A stretch of DNA of 64,000 bases from Ascidiella aspersa. Its lineage: Eukaryota. The position numbers and the translations under genes are program-made. The notes beneath the pieces are model-generated. The model saw only the letters and a program-made list of their open reading frames with translations. It did no database searches and was not told the origin of the DNA. The stretch's first letter is position 1. Every line of letters starts with the position of its first letter. The DNA lies in contig OZ004612.1 in NCBI GenBank assembly GCA_963924565.1, positions 14,756,001 to 14,820,000 of the forward strand, given 5' to 3'. Of the stretch, positions 1 through 11,260 are shown one piece after another.

Positions 1-74
1 GAAGTCAATATGCTCCCTTCTACTAGCTGTGAACCTTGTTGCACTGACAAACCTTTTTTTGTTCCTTTCACAAG

Positions 75-3000
75 GAAAACGGCAAGCTCATTCTTCGTTT
101 TAACGTTGGTGGAGCGAGCGACGTGGTGCTGAGAGAAGGAATGTCCGTTTCGGACGGAAGCTACCACACTGTGCAGGTGCGCCGCCAGTGGCTGAACGCC
201 ACCATGCGTGTCGACAATTGGCCGGTCAGAAGCGTCGCCCCGCCCGGTAAGTTGGTCACGTGATGTTGATGATACAAATAGTTACGTTTGTGTAACGTCG
301 AGTATTTAAATAAACAGAAAAAGTAAAATCGACGGTTTGATTTTTTTGAAGATTTGAAATATACGTGTTTTTCTATTGTTGTAAAACTAATTTACTAGAA
401 AACAAATGGTTGTTGACGATTTTTAAAATCCAAGTTTTTGGAAATATTATAATTAACAACGTTAGTGTGCTACAATTTGGTAAAAAGTTATTATTGGTTT
501 CTATTTTCACCTTTGATTATACTGCCTAAAAAGAATATGAATAAAAACCTTGCATTCTGACCGATAGTTGTACAATTTGCATGTGCATTTTACTTAACGT
601 TCATCGTTTTCAATAGCAGCAGTAACATAACCATCATTTTAGCTGTTTATCCCGTTAACCTTAACCAACAACCATCACCGCTCTGTAAAACGATGTGTGG
701 CCTGTTTCTCTCGATGCACGTGAATACTAACGATTTCATCCTAACCGAATGGCATAGCAGGAACGCAGTAACATAAACGTCGTAACAACCGGTCTTGGTG
801 TGCTGGCGGGAAGGTGGCCAAAATAATTCCACAATAGAAAAGACTCACCGGACAAATTTGGTTAAATTGTTTACCGTTTAAAACACGAAATGTAGAGCGG
901 CACATGATCATTTTTTTTAATCATATCATGATCCTACGTTTGCAATACAAAAGCCCCGCCAATTATGTTAACGCTTTATTAACAACTTAAAACACCCGAA
1001 ATCCATTGTCAACCACAAGTCTCAGGTCCCCTGATAAACGCGAACAGTCATTAATAATGTTAAGTCTAATTAGTGAACAATTATATTTTCCAAATTAAAA
1101 AAATGACTCAGACGACATAAACTCTTGTGTAAATTCAATTTCATCTTGCTCCTATGGAGCTTGTCTCCAAAACCCAATAACAAATTTGCTCTCCCCACGG
1201 TTCCTTCTTTTATATACGTTTCTTGTTGTAGGGGATGCACGTTCCCGCTTTGCTCGCGTGATACCCTCGATAGCTTCCCCTGCCCGTCCCACCATTGATA
1301 AGTGGTTGCAACGCAAAGGTACTAACAAAACTCGGTGTCGTGTACATTCTTAATATGCTTCCTAACATGTTAAACACTATACTTTGTATATACGGTCGTG
1401 CTGTCTGTCTATGTTTCTGTATTTAAATGCTACTAACCCTGTTTATTTACATTAACGTATTACGCTTTGTGCATGAACCCTAGTTTTTGTTTGGTCAAGA
1501 CAACAATTGCTGCTTTGTACAGCGAATATTTCCTCCGTAAACCATCTGAATTGCGTGATTACACACGTCTGTGTTCGAAAGCAGCTCGTTTTCAACCTTG
1601 CCAAAACTACATTGCCTTTCTGAAAAAATAAACAAACATATCGTATTGTTAAGTACTGCAAAATTACGATTGAACCCATGCTTGATAATCCTAATATTCA
1701 AGTAAAATCCTGTGTATGATTAACCTAATCCATAAATTGTTGTAAATTCTCTAAAACAGTAAAACCAAGTCGGATTAAAGCTTTCATAACTCTTCACTAA
1801 AATTAATAAAAATCGGTGTGGACGTATTTTATGTACGATTTTCACAAGTTTATAAAGATTTATGAAAAGTATGATTTACCGATCACCTGAGTGCTTTTTC
1901 TGCAGTCTACTGATACAGTTAGAGAAACCCTGAATTAAACCGCTGTCGATTTAACAGTATTCGAACGTTGCGCACCGCCAAGAGACTAACTTATTCTTTG
2001 TGCAATTTAGAGCAACAAACCTCGGTTTTCAACTCACAGTCGACGATCCAGATCGGAGGCTTGCTCGGTGAAGACGTCTTGTCCACTCTTGACCAATCGC
2101 GGGACACCCGGACCGTGGCCATAGATCGGCCCTTCCGCGGTCAGATGACCGGCCTATTTTTTAATGACGTCAGGGTGTTTCAGCTCGCAGCGCAACGTAC
2201 GTGGTTTTCAAATGTTTTAGTTTTATTTTTACTTTGGAAGTAAAAACATCTTGATAGAATTCGTTTATGACAAATGTTTAAAACAAAGTTTTACCCTGGG
2301 AAAAGTTCATTGCGCTTCAACGATTGGTAAGAATAGTTAATCGTTCTCTGCCTATCGAAGAGGGGTTTTTAAACTATACTTTTAACGCGAATACTGGCAT
2401 TTTTCTCTATTAAACACCAAAGTTTGAAATTATATACACCAAGATTTGAATCAGGCATTCATGAGCCCCCAACAACTGGTCCTTAAGGGGTTCGTGGACT
2501 CCAGTTTAAGAACCGCTGGTATAGAGACACCGATCTTCTCGCAACCGTAGTCATATGTAGCCTGGTAACGTGTTTTATTTCGATTTGTTCAGGTGACGAT
2601 CAGGTTCGCTTTCTTGGCGACGTGACGCGGATCGGTGGGCCCGATTTGCTTCCCACCTCTCCAACGATAAACCAGCCGACTACCACGATGGCAACGCTGA
2701 CCATTTTTTCGACCACAAAGTCGTCTGAAAACGTCCCCAACGTACGAATGGTTTATTACACTATTCCAAGGCTTCTTAATTAGTCCACTGCGACCTTTTA
2801 AAAAGATTCAGGGTCATACTTGTTTTGCTAAGCGGCGATAAAGTTCATGTTCTTTGAATGTATAAATAGTAACTATCCACTTCGTTTCTTTCCAATCAAG
2901 CAAGTAGAAGTTTAGGAACATTTTAGCTTTTCGCACTTTATATGTTGATCTATAAATATGCATTTCACTGGAAATCTACCGGTGATGGACACGGGCCCAA

Positions 3001-6000
3001 ATATCCACCTCGGTGTAAATTACGTTTCTCGTTAAGGTGAAGGGATATAGATAATTTATATTTGTTAAGTTTGACCGCTCAAGATGCGCGCTGTTTGCAT
3101 AGTTTGCTCAGAACGCTAAATAAATGTCAATACTTTTTAACTTAAAGGGATCGAATTCCTACGACTGTGACGACGAAGACCTGTGCCCAAACTCATCAGG
3201 TAAGAATAAACGAACTAATTTCACTAGTTTTTATATCAGTGTGTTTGTCAGACAGCGGTGATGTTCACTCTCCAACTTATCACTGAATAATTTTTACCGT
3301 TTAAAAAGTTTGTTTTATATTGAAAGATTCATGTTCATAAAGTTTGAAATCAACATTTGGTTTAATTGTTTTGGCAACTTGTTAAAACGCCTTAAAGTAA
3401 AAAACCTTTTTATATTAGTTATTGTTATTCAACGCTCACAGAAAAACGACCAACGGGTGGCAAATTTTAACGACACTGTGAACATATTTTGTGAATATTT
3501 CGATTACGTATGCAGCTGGCTTGTGATCTTTTGGTGAAAAATGTCAACAATTCACTGACTGGCAAACACGCTGTTTACCTTAAGTAACGATAAACAATTT
3601 GATTGAGTAGCTGCATGTTTTCAGCTATGTCGCTTGGCTAACTGTGCAATACACTCTTTTTTCGTCCTCCCTCCGACACCCATTCCACAAATTACCAAAA
3701 AACCTTCACAAACCACCACCATCACAACCAATACCATAAACAACCATCGACATTTGAAACCGTATTTCGAAATACAGCCTACTCTTACAAAGGCGCCGAA
3801 ATCAATTTGTACGATTGTAACAATGGTTCGCCATACATGTCAGCAAACACTGTTAAGCGCATTATTCCGGTTTTGACTTTCGTCGCATTTTTACAAAGCA
3901 CATGATCTTCTTGCTTCCCCCACATGCGCCTTTTTTCAAGAATTATGCAAATAACCTGTTGCTTAACCTGTATGCATTTTAACCTTGGTCGAACACGTGT
4001 AATTGTTTTATAATGCTGTGGAAAAAACGAGTTTGGGTGAACGATCATGTATACTACATTGGCTGCTCACACAAAATTTAACAGAATAGAGTAAACATTT
4101 TACACGTTTAAAATAGCAATCACATTTAATAAAATACTAACACCTTTATTTTGATGTTACACGCTAACTGTCGTGGGGAAATACAATAATAACACGTAAG
4201 TACTTGTGTAGCATTAGATGTACTATGTTATTTTTTGTTTGTAATTTTGTTTCCAAAATTCAGTTGTACAGCCGTATAGATAATAATTAAACCATAGCAA
4301 CTGTTTACTAATTTTCCACATACGATCCAAACACTGGGAACGTTGCAGAAACGCAATTGTTTATGGGATGTTTTTCACGAACTAAATCACGTTTTTTTAT
4401 CTCGACAGGTTCCGGATCCGGATTTTTCGCCCAAATTGGCGAATCCCAAACACTAAGTGACGTCACACAAACCACATCTTTGCACGCGAGCGCCGACAAT
4501 TCCCAACAACGGGGTCAGGGGGGAGATCAGAACGGGGAAGGCCTCGAGTCGCTTCTCATGATTGCCGGCTTTTACACGACGCAATTGCCCACACTTTCGA
4601 CAACAAAGAGCAGTGTACGTGACGCGGATGCTGACGTCATCAATAAAAGTCCACGCGGCACAGAGAAGGTTACTTCCGCGCCGGTGGTCATAGAAGGAAA
4701 TGAGAGGCAGGAGAAACTATTCTACGACATGCCAAGCCTAAGTGAAATCCTCGACATTTTCACGAGTCCAGAAGTCTTAAATGATCCTAATGAAAAGAAA
4801 GATAACTCCTCCAAATCCGCCTCTTTCACTTCTGATATAAGCCTGGATGACGCTCTAAAGTTTTTCACTAATGAAGAAACTTACGATCCCGAAGTTGGAT
4901 CTGTATATGACCCCATCGCGCCAAGCCAATCATCTCGTAACGTTGTAGATTATCAATCCGGTGATGTTCGTTCACTGACAACCTTACCCGTGACCCGGTC
5001 CTCGAAAAATCTTAATCTCCTGAAATCGAATCCGCGTTTAGAAGAACATTCCGCTACCCCGACACTGATCAACCCCCCTGTTGCACCCCCTTTTGTGGTC
5101 ACCCCTCCTTACGTTGATACAACCAAACAGACCAGCGCAGTTGACTTCGCCCACTCACTTATCACACACAGTCCCACAAAAAGCATGTTCCACACACTAG
5201 GATTAAAAAGCACGGTTAGCAAAGAGGCAGAATCGAGCACTCCACCATCGCATGCGAGTAACCCACGTATTGTTTTGCCTTTTCCCACCCCTACCCACAC
5301 CTCACCAGGTGCACATACTGACCCCGCCCAGCCTACATCAACCTTTTCCACCACGACCGCTGTGGCAGATTGGCGCGACTTAGCGTCTGGCGTAACGCTC
5401 CGGGATTCGGCGCCAACTAGTTTAAACCGCCTGGAACCGTCTACCGACATTGGTTATTCTTCGCCGCCCCCGCCGATTCCACCCATGACGCCAACACGGT
5501 CAGCCAACACCCGCACTCCCACTTCCACTATAACTTCTGACACCAACACAACCTTTACCCGCTCTTTGCTAACCGACGTCATCGTGCGTGATGTCACAGA
5601 TCCGAAGAGCGATGTTACCGCGCCTGAAGGGAACTCGAACGCCGGTGGCGGCCAGCCGATGCCCAACCCCCATAACCCACGACGAGGCAACATGATCAAC
5701 GTCAGTAACACTTCCTCTACACCCAGTAACGTCACCGGTTACGCCGGCTCCAATGTCACCGGATCAGTGATGATCAGTGACGCTGGTAGTCTTACGACGG
5801 TGATGATAGCAGGAATAGCGGCCGCTGCTGCCTGCTGCGTGCTTCTTCTCTTTTACATGATTTATCGCTTCAAGTATCGTGACTCTGTGACGTACAACGT
5901 GGACGAGCGTGAGCGTCAATACGGCGCCAACCCCATCAAAGGCAAAAAGGTTGTCCAGACCAAAAATGGCTCCATGAAGCGCGACCCTAAAACGCAAAAA

Positions 6001-6030
6001 ACTGACAAAGACAAGGAATATTACGTATGA
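75..6030 (+). CDS. NRXN: Neurexin, 3' portion (LNS6 domain, Cys-loop, Ser/Thr-rich stalk, TM helix, PDZ-binding tail); gene begins upstream of the window
   Basis: Exons with GT-AG boundaries and consistent phases: 75-246 (ENGKLILRFNVGG...DGSYHTVQVRRQWLNATMRVDNWPVRSVAPP), optional 1232-1318, 2011-2196 (EQQTSVFNSQSTIQIGG...PFRGQMTGLFFNDVRVFQLAA), 2593-2741, 3148-3199 (SYDCDDEDLCPNSS), 4409-6030. The last exon ends MIYRFKYRDSVTYNVDE...KDKEYYV*, matching the neurexin 4.1-binding motif and the vertebrate neurexin C-terminal KDKEYYV. Confidence 0.95.
1232..1318 (+). CDS. NRXN: Neurexin splice-site-4 (SS4)-like cassette exon, 87 nt, phase 1-1
   Basis: Polypyrimidine tract and tgtag acceptor, gtacta donor, frame-preserving. 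Encodes GDARSRFARVIPSIASPARPTIDKWLQRK at the same LNS6 position as vertebrate SS4 ([30 protein letters not shown]). Confidence 0.85.
3778..3905 (+). CDS. Candidate alternative terminal neurexin exon encoding a GPI-anchor-like C-terminus (SS5-like)
   Basis: First AG after a 151-nt AG-free zone with a CTAAC branch point and polypyrimidine tract. Phase-1 join to the Cys-loop exon gives AYSYKGAEINLYDCNNGSPYMSANTVKRIIPVLTFVAFLQST*. AATAAA at 4128. Confidence 0.6.
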
Positions 6031-8097
6031 CACGACGTAGCTTCTTGGGTACCGCTAGCGGCAAGCTATAAGCGACAAATCAATCCGCCAGGTTAGGTGA
6101 ACGGGTCGCGCGATCGATTCCACTGTTTTGCCTTGCTTACTTACAGTAGTGTATGTTTCTGGCCGGCTGCTTTTCAACCCTGGTTGTTCATGTTGGTGCG
6201 CGCAAGTTTCTTGTCTTTTTTTTTCGCTGGTTTCTCGAACGTATAAATGCGTTGACGTGAATGGTTTTGAGTTCCTTTATTTCTCTCCTGCATTGTTTCG
6301 TTCGTATTTATTATTTGATTAGTTAACGGTGCTAAGCGACCGAACACTTCTATACGTTACGCGCACTTTTATGTTTGTTCTGTAGCGTTCGTTTTCGTTT
6401 CAAGCTCATGAAGTATGGGTATATTCGCAAGGCGAGCTATTTTCGCGAAAACGATAACTAATATAAGGACTTCATTAACAAAACAGTCAGGTTAAATACA
6501 CTTTGTACATAATTCAATTAAGTCAGTTCTGTGATTAAGTAAAGTTAATTTGTTAAGTAAAGAATAAAATTTATAATCATGTGTCCGCAAAGAATGTCAA
6601 GAATTTAACCACCAACGTCGCATTTGTATGATAAAAGTTTTAACTCGACTGTTGTTACTCCAATAGCATAGAATAAACATTACGGAGGCGTCTTACCTTA
6701 AGGGGATTGCAATAAAAAGCCAATTTTCTGTATTATTTGCGTTGTGATAGAGAACTATTACACACTGTACGTAATATGTATTTTTGAGGCGTTCTTCACT
6801 TGTTATTTTGATCACATTATTAATATTAAATTACTTTTGCTGTGTTTTCATTCTGGCGAAAATAAACATCCATTTTGGAGGAAATGGTGCCATGCATTGT
6901 TATATTTATTCTGCCCAGGAATTTGTAAGTTTTCCTTTAATTACAAGTTAATTTAAGTTAATTCTCCTTTTCCTTACAATATTACGACCAGTGGCAGTAT
7001 AATTTTTTTTTTCAAATTTGATTTACATTATTGTGTTTTTAAATTATTGTATATTTTAAACGATCATTAGACAAAACTAAAATCACGAAAGGTTGAATCA
7101 TAGTGGCGTCACAATTTACGAAAAACCGCAATAAATTAAAAAAATATCGACGCCACAGTTGTAAAACAAGAAATCATTTTGTCACTAAACACAAAATGAT
7201 GTGGATCCTTTGTTACGCTTTACACCAGAGAATCCCAAAGGGTGTAGTGGTTTCCCGTCCATTGTTAGATTCTGACGTAATAATTGTCTTTCTTATGTAA
7301 GGTTGTTGTTTGTTGTTACGTTTTACCATTTTATATGCGGCAAATTGTTTCTTTTTTTAAAGTCGTGGTGCAGAAAGTTGAATTTTTCCTGGTAATAGCA
7401 TAACCTTGAGAAATATATAATGTATATTAGGAAGTAATCTGGCGCTGGTTTACAATCCTACCACAACGAACATTATTTGGCTTAGGGTGCGGGTTAGCGT
7501 TTGGGTTTGAGTAGGGCGAGCAATATTAAATAATAACTAGACGGGGGTGCGGTTGTTGTATATTTTGTCAGGGGGTATATTTTCAGGGCTTAGTGTTTAT
7601 TTTCAATTTTTACTTTATTTCATTTATTTTATTTTTTTTTAATATTTTGTATTGTGTACTTTATATTATATATTTTGTTTTTTATTTTCCTTAACTTGTT
7701 TCTGCAAGCAAAAACAGATATGGGCCGAAAACTTCCCCACTTAACTTATGCCTTTGATGCGAAAGGGGTTCAAATAAGGCGTAGTATTTGGGGAATGATC
7801 GAAACATATATTTGATAAATAGAATTTACGTAGATAATGTCTATGGCCATTTTATTAAATTTTGACCAGCTTACGTGTTTGAAAAGCAAATATTATTATT
7901 CTCTTGAAGACTTAAAATGGTTTAACGCCTATGGTTTGCTATACTTTTGCAAACTTTTACTCGGTAATTTTTTACCATGGCTTGGGCCGAGCAATCACTG
8001 TTAAAACAGGCTTTAAATCTGTAGTTTTAAACAATATGAAAAACACTATTATGTTCTCAATACGCAAACTATTAAATCGAAAGTTTTGCTAGTTGTT

Positions 8098-8590
8098 TAG
8101 GCCTGATATTGGTATGTTGGTTGGAGCAACATGCACAACAGGTGCTAACAGAGAGGCGTACACTGCCTTAAGATTTCGCATTTAAATTTGCGGCGGTAAA
8201 TACACCCTATTGACACTACATTATTAGGCGAAGCTTATCGCAAAGTAATTGGTCGCCCCAAAAAATGCTGACGCCGCATTTAAAGCAAGCATTATAAATG
8301 TGTCGCCGATATTCTGCTTTGAAAACCCTACTCGAAATGCCTCCCTGCGTTAATTGTACGGTGGGTGAAACTTTATTCACGGCCTTACCTCTTTTTGTAT
8401 TACCGCGACAATACGATGAAATACGATTTGAAGAATATTTGAAAAAATCGTGTTTGGAGAATATTTGCTATTTGCACCTGTATAGTATGTTACTCCAATC
8501 CAACATACAATTTTAAGTTTTGTAGGCCTGGTGTTGATATGTTGGATTGGAGTTGCCACCAGATTTCGCATTTAAATTTGCGGCGGTAAA
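8098..8590. repeat. Local direct repeat (degenerate ~90 bp unit containing an exact 30-bp match)
   Basis: agatttcgcatttaaatttgcggcggtaaa occurs at 8171-8200 and 8561-8590, each preceded by similar taggcctg..t..g.tatgttgg sequence. Confidence 0.7.
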
Positions 8591-9149
8591 ATAAGTTGTT
8601 TCATAAGACCATTAAGTAATTTTACTAAAGAGAAGCTTCTTTTTAAAATGCAAGTCGCACGAACCCAGTTTTTGACGTGCCACTTCGCACAATGAAAGTC
8701 TCACGCGCGGGACAATAAAGCGCAGCAGGCGGTGAGTCGCTTCGTCAGTTCACAAGCTGGACAAAGCAAGCGAATATGAACGAATTCTGTATGAAAGTTT
8801 ATCTGCTGCTAGATGGCAGTCGTTAGCTACAGAGAGCTAAAACGCAATATTTCAGGTTTTTGCCCCCCAAGCAAAGGCCCCTGGGGATACAGCCTCAAAA
8901 ACTTCTACAAAGCACCTTCATACCACTCTACGCCATGTCTGAAAATTTGAAGGCTCTACGATACATACTTTTTCTATAAAGCTTCGGACAAAAATTGGTC
9001 TGAAACATTTTCGGGCAAAAACAAGATATGTCCCGAAAATAAATTTTCGGCCCATATAATACTTGATCATCCCACACCCAAACACTAAACGACACCTAAC
9101 CCAAATATTGTGCGTTGCTTTAATAATGGTTTCAACGCTGTGATGGGAT

Positions 9150-9888
9150 TCCAGACCAGTGTGCCGCGTACCCATGCCAGACGTGCCGCATGGTTCCCGG
9201 AGATGTGTTACTTGCGTTTCAAGTGTGAATCAGTCCAATTAACGTAGGCTATATCATATCAAGACAGGTATTTTAATCTTATGCGATTATCCCCAGGTGT
9301 AATTTTATGAACTTTCCATAATATTTAAAACTTTTTAAAACCTACAGTATGTTATCTTCTGTCACCGGAAATCAAATGTAAAAATATATTTTATAACTGA
9401 CAGTGACAACAAATATTTCCAAACTTTACATCAAAGTCAAGATTAAAGCTAGAAACCAATAAAATACAACTGTAGATATTTTATTGGCATTATTTGATTG
9501 TGTAGTTAGTCTTGGCAGCTGTTTCGAAAAATAAATTACGCAAAAAAGTAAAAATAAGCACCAAGGCAAGGTTTCATTTTCCGAATACTTCTAAAAGCGT
9601 TATGTTATTTAATCAACAATTGCAAGGGGGGTGGCTACAATTTTCAAGACTTTGACCGACTTCAGAAATTTTTGGCAGTCTGCAAAACCGCAAATCAGAA
9701 TACAAAGGAATGATATGATAAAATTTTCGGCGCCTTCGGCGCGTTTAATCATCATTCGTTTAGTTTTCTATTGGCTGGAATTTTGCTGATGTTGTCTATT
9801 GTCGTTCAACAAATATTTCGTAGGTGTGCCGCCAAATTGTTTTAGCTCGTTTGGTGTGCCGCAAGTAGACAGAGATTGCGGAGCACTG
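9150..9888. mobile_element. Non-autonomous hAT-like MITE, family A copy (left end degenerate)
   Basis: Ends ...ttgcggagcactg. Internal sequence (gttcccggagatgtgttacttg, atcaagacaggta, aggtgtaattttatgaacttt) is the reverse complement of the copy at 38908-39537. Confidence 0.7.
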
Positions 9889-11260
9889 TTCTAGAGCAGC
9901 GCTAGTAATCGTTAATGTTAAGCTAACGACAAAACTTGATTGCATTATCACGTTAAATTTTTCGCAAAATGCAGTGTAGTGTTATGTTTTAGTATGCATG
10001 AAACTATATGTTGAATCGTCAGCCATTTTAATTGCATTAGCTCAGAGTAGTTTGCACCAGTGTGTACCTTTACCCCAATGTTGTTGTATGTACATTATAT
10101 GCTTTACTTTTTTAAGTTATGCACCTATAAGTCATTAATTTAGGGGGGCGATATAAAATAATATGGAGCTAAAGGGGCACTGGTATAAAAAACGGTTGGG
10201 GAATACTGCAATCTAACGAATGTTTTAGGCTTATCTAACGAATGTTTTAGGCTTAATGTCAGTGACACCTTTGCACACAAAACAGCACGTGAAATTATCT
10301 CCTCAAAACAAAATCCGGGACCAACCTTGAACCCTTGTTTTTTCAGTTATTTACTTTTTAATTGTTATATTTAATGACAGGTGGCTTTCGTAAGTTTAGA
10401 TGAGCCTTGAATGAACACTTTGCTTTCGCAGTTCGTAAGACATTTCCAACATTTTTCGCTATATCACGCCAAAAGTATGATTCAACAATATATACTGGAA
10501 TAAGTTTCTTTATTTGATTTTGCGTTTACCTAAAGTGTTATTTCAAAATACTCCATAAAACACCATATTACCTTAAAGATTGTCTTTTGTTTTCCTACAC
10601 TGTTTTGTCCACTATGTATAATTCCGCTTTATTGGTCGCATTTACTTTTTTGTTTTATACAGTCAGGTATAGGCCTAATTAAAAATGTCCCTTCGCTTAG
10701 GGCTTTGGCACGTGGATCTGCTAAATAAATTTGTAGCAACGCGAAAAGCATGCCTATAAACCAGTGGCATATTTTATAGGTTTAATTAAGATTCGTTATG
10801 GCGTGGAGTTATGCCAAAAAAACTCATTTACGACGTAGGCTAATAAACGTTAACCTATCAAAAGCGTGTTAAGAGAGCACAAATTCGACAACATACCACT
10901 AACTAGTGGTTCGACTTTCTAACAATTGAGTTTGCTTAATTTGCAATATAGAAATCACTCGCCCTTTTCCTATTGCAGCGTTGCATCTTCTTAATATGGA
11001 ACATGATTCTTGAGCAATGTACATTGTAATTCTAAAAACTCGCACCTAAAGTTGCATAACGATAATTCCTATAGACACATTAGTGCAACTTGTTTTCTAA
11101 ATTAGGTAAAACTTTTCTATTGGGTACATTTTTTTGTAAGTAATAAACTTCCTAAAGCTATATAATATGTGCAAAAATATTATCATTATTAAATCAACAA
11201 AAGTTGAAATGTCATATTTTTATTTAACCGAAACAAACGTATGCTTGTATTCAGCAACAG

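Noticed and set aside
3634-3876. Thr-rich 80-aa ORF suggesting another mucin exon
   Set aside because: No in-phase acceptor. The C/A-rich tract is better explained as the AG-free YCAY zone upstream of the 3778 exon.
4357-4408. ORF-track start of the 557-aa protein
   Set aside because: Intronic. The exon begins at the acceptor 4407-4408.
5109-6033. Three minus-strand ORFs (113, 93, 89 aa)
   Set aside because: Antisense shadows of the GC-rich neurexin last exon.
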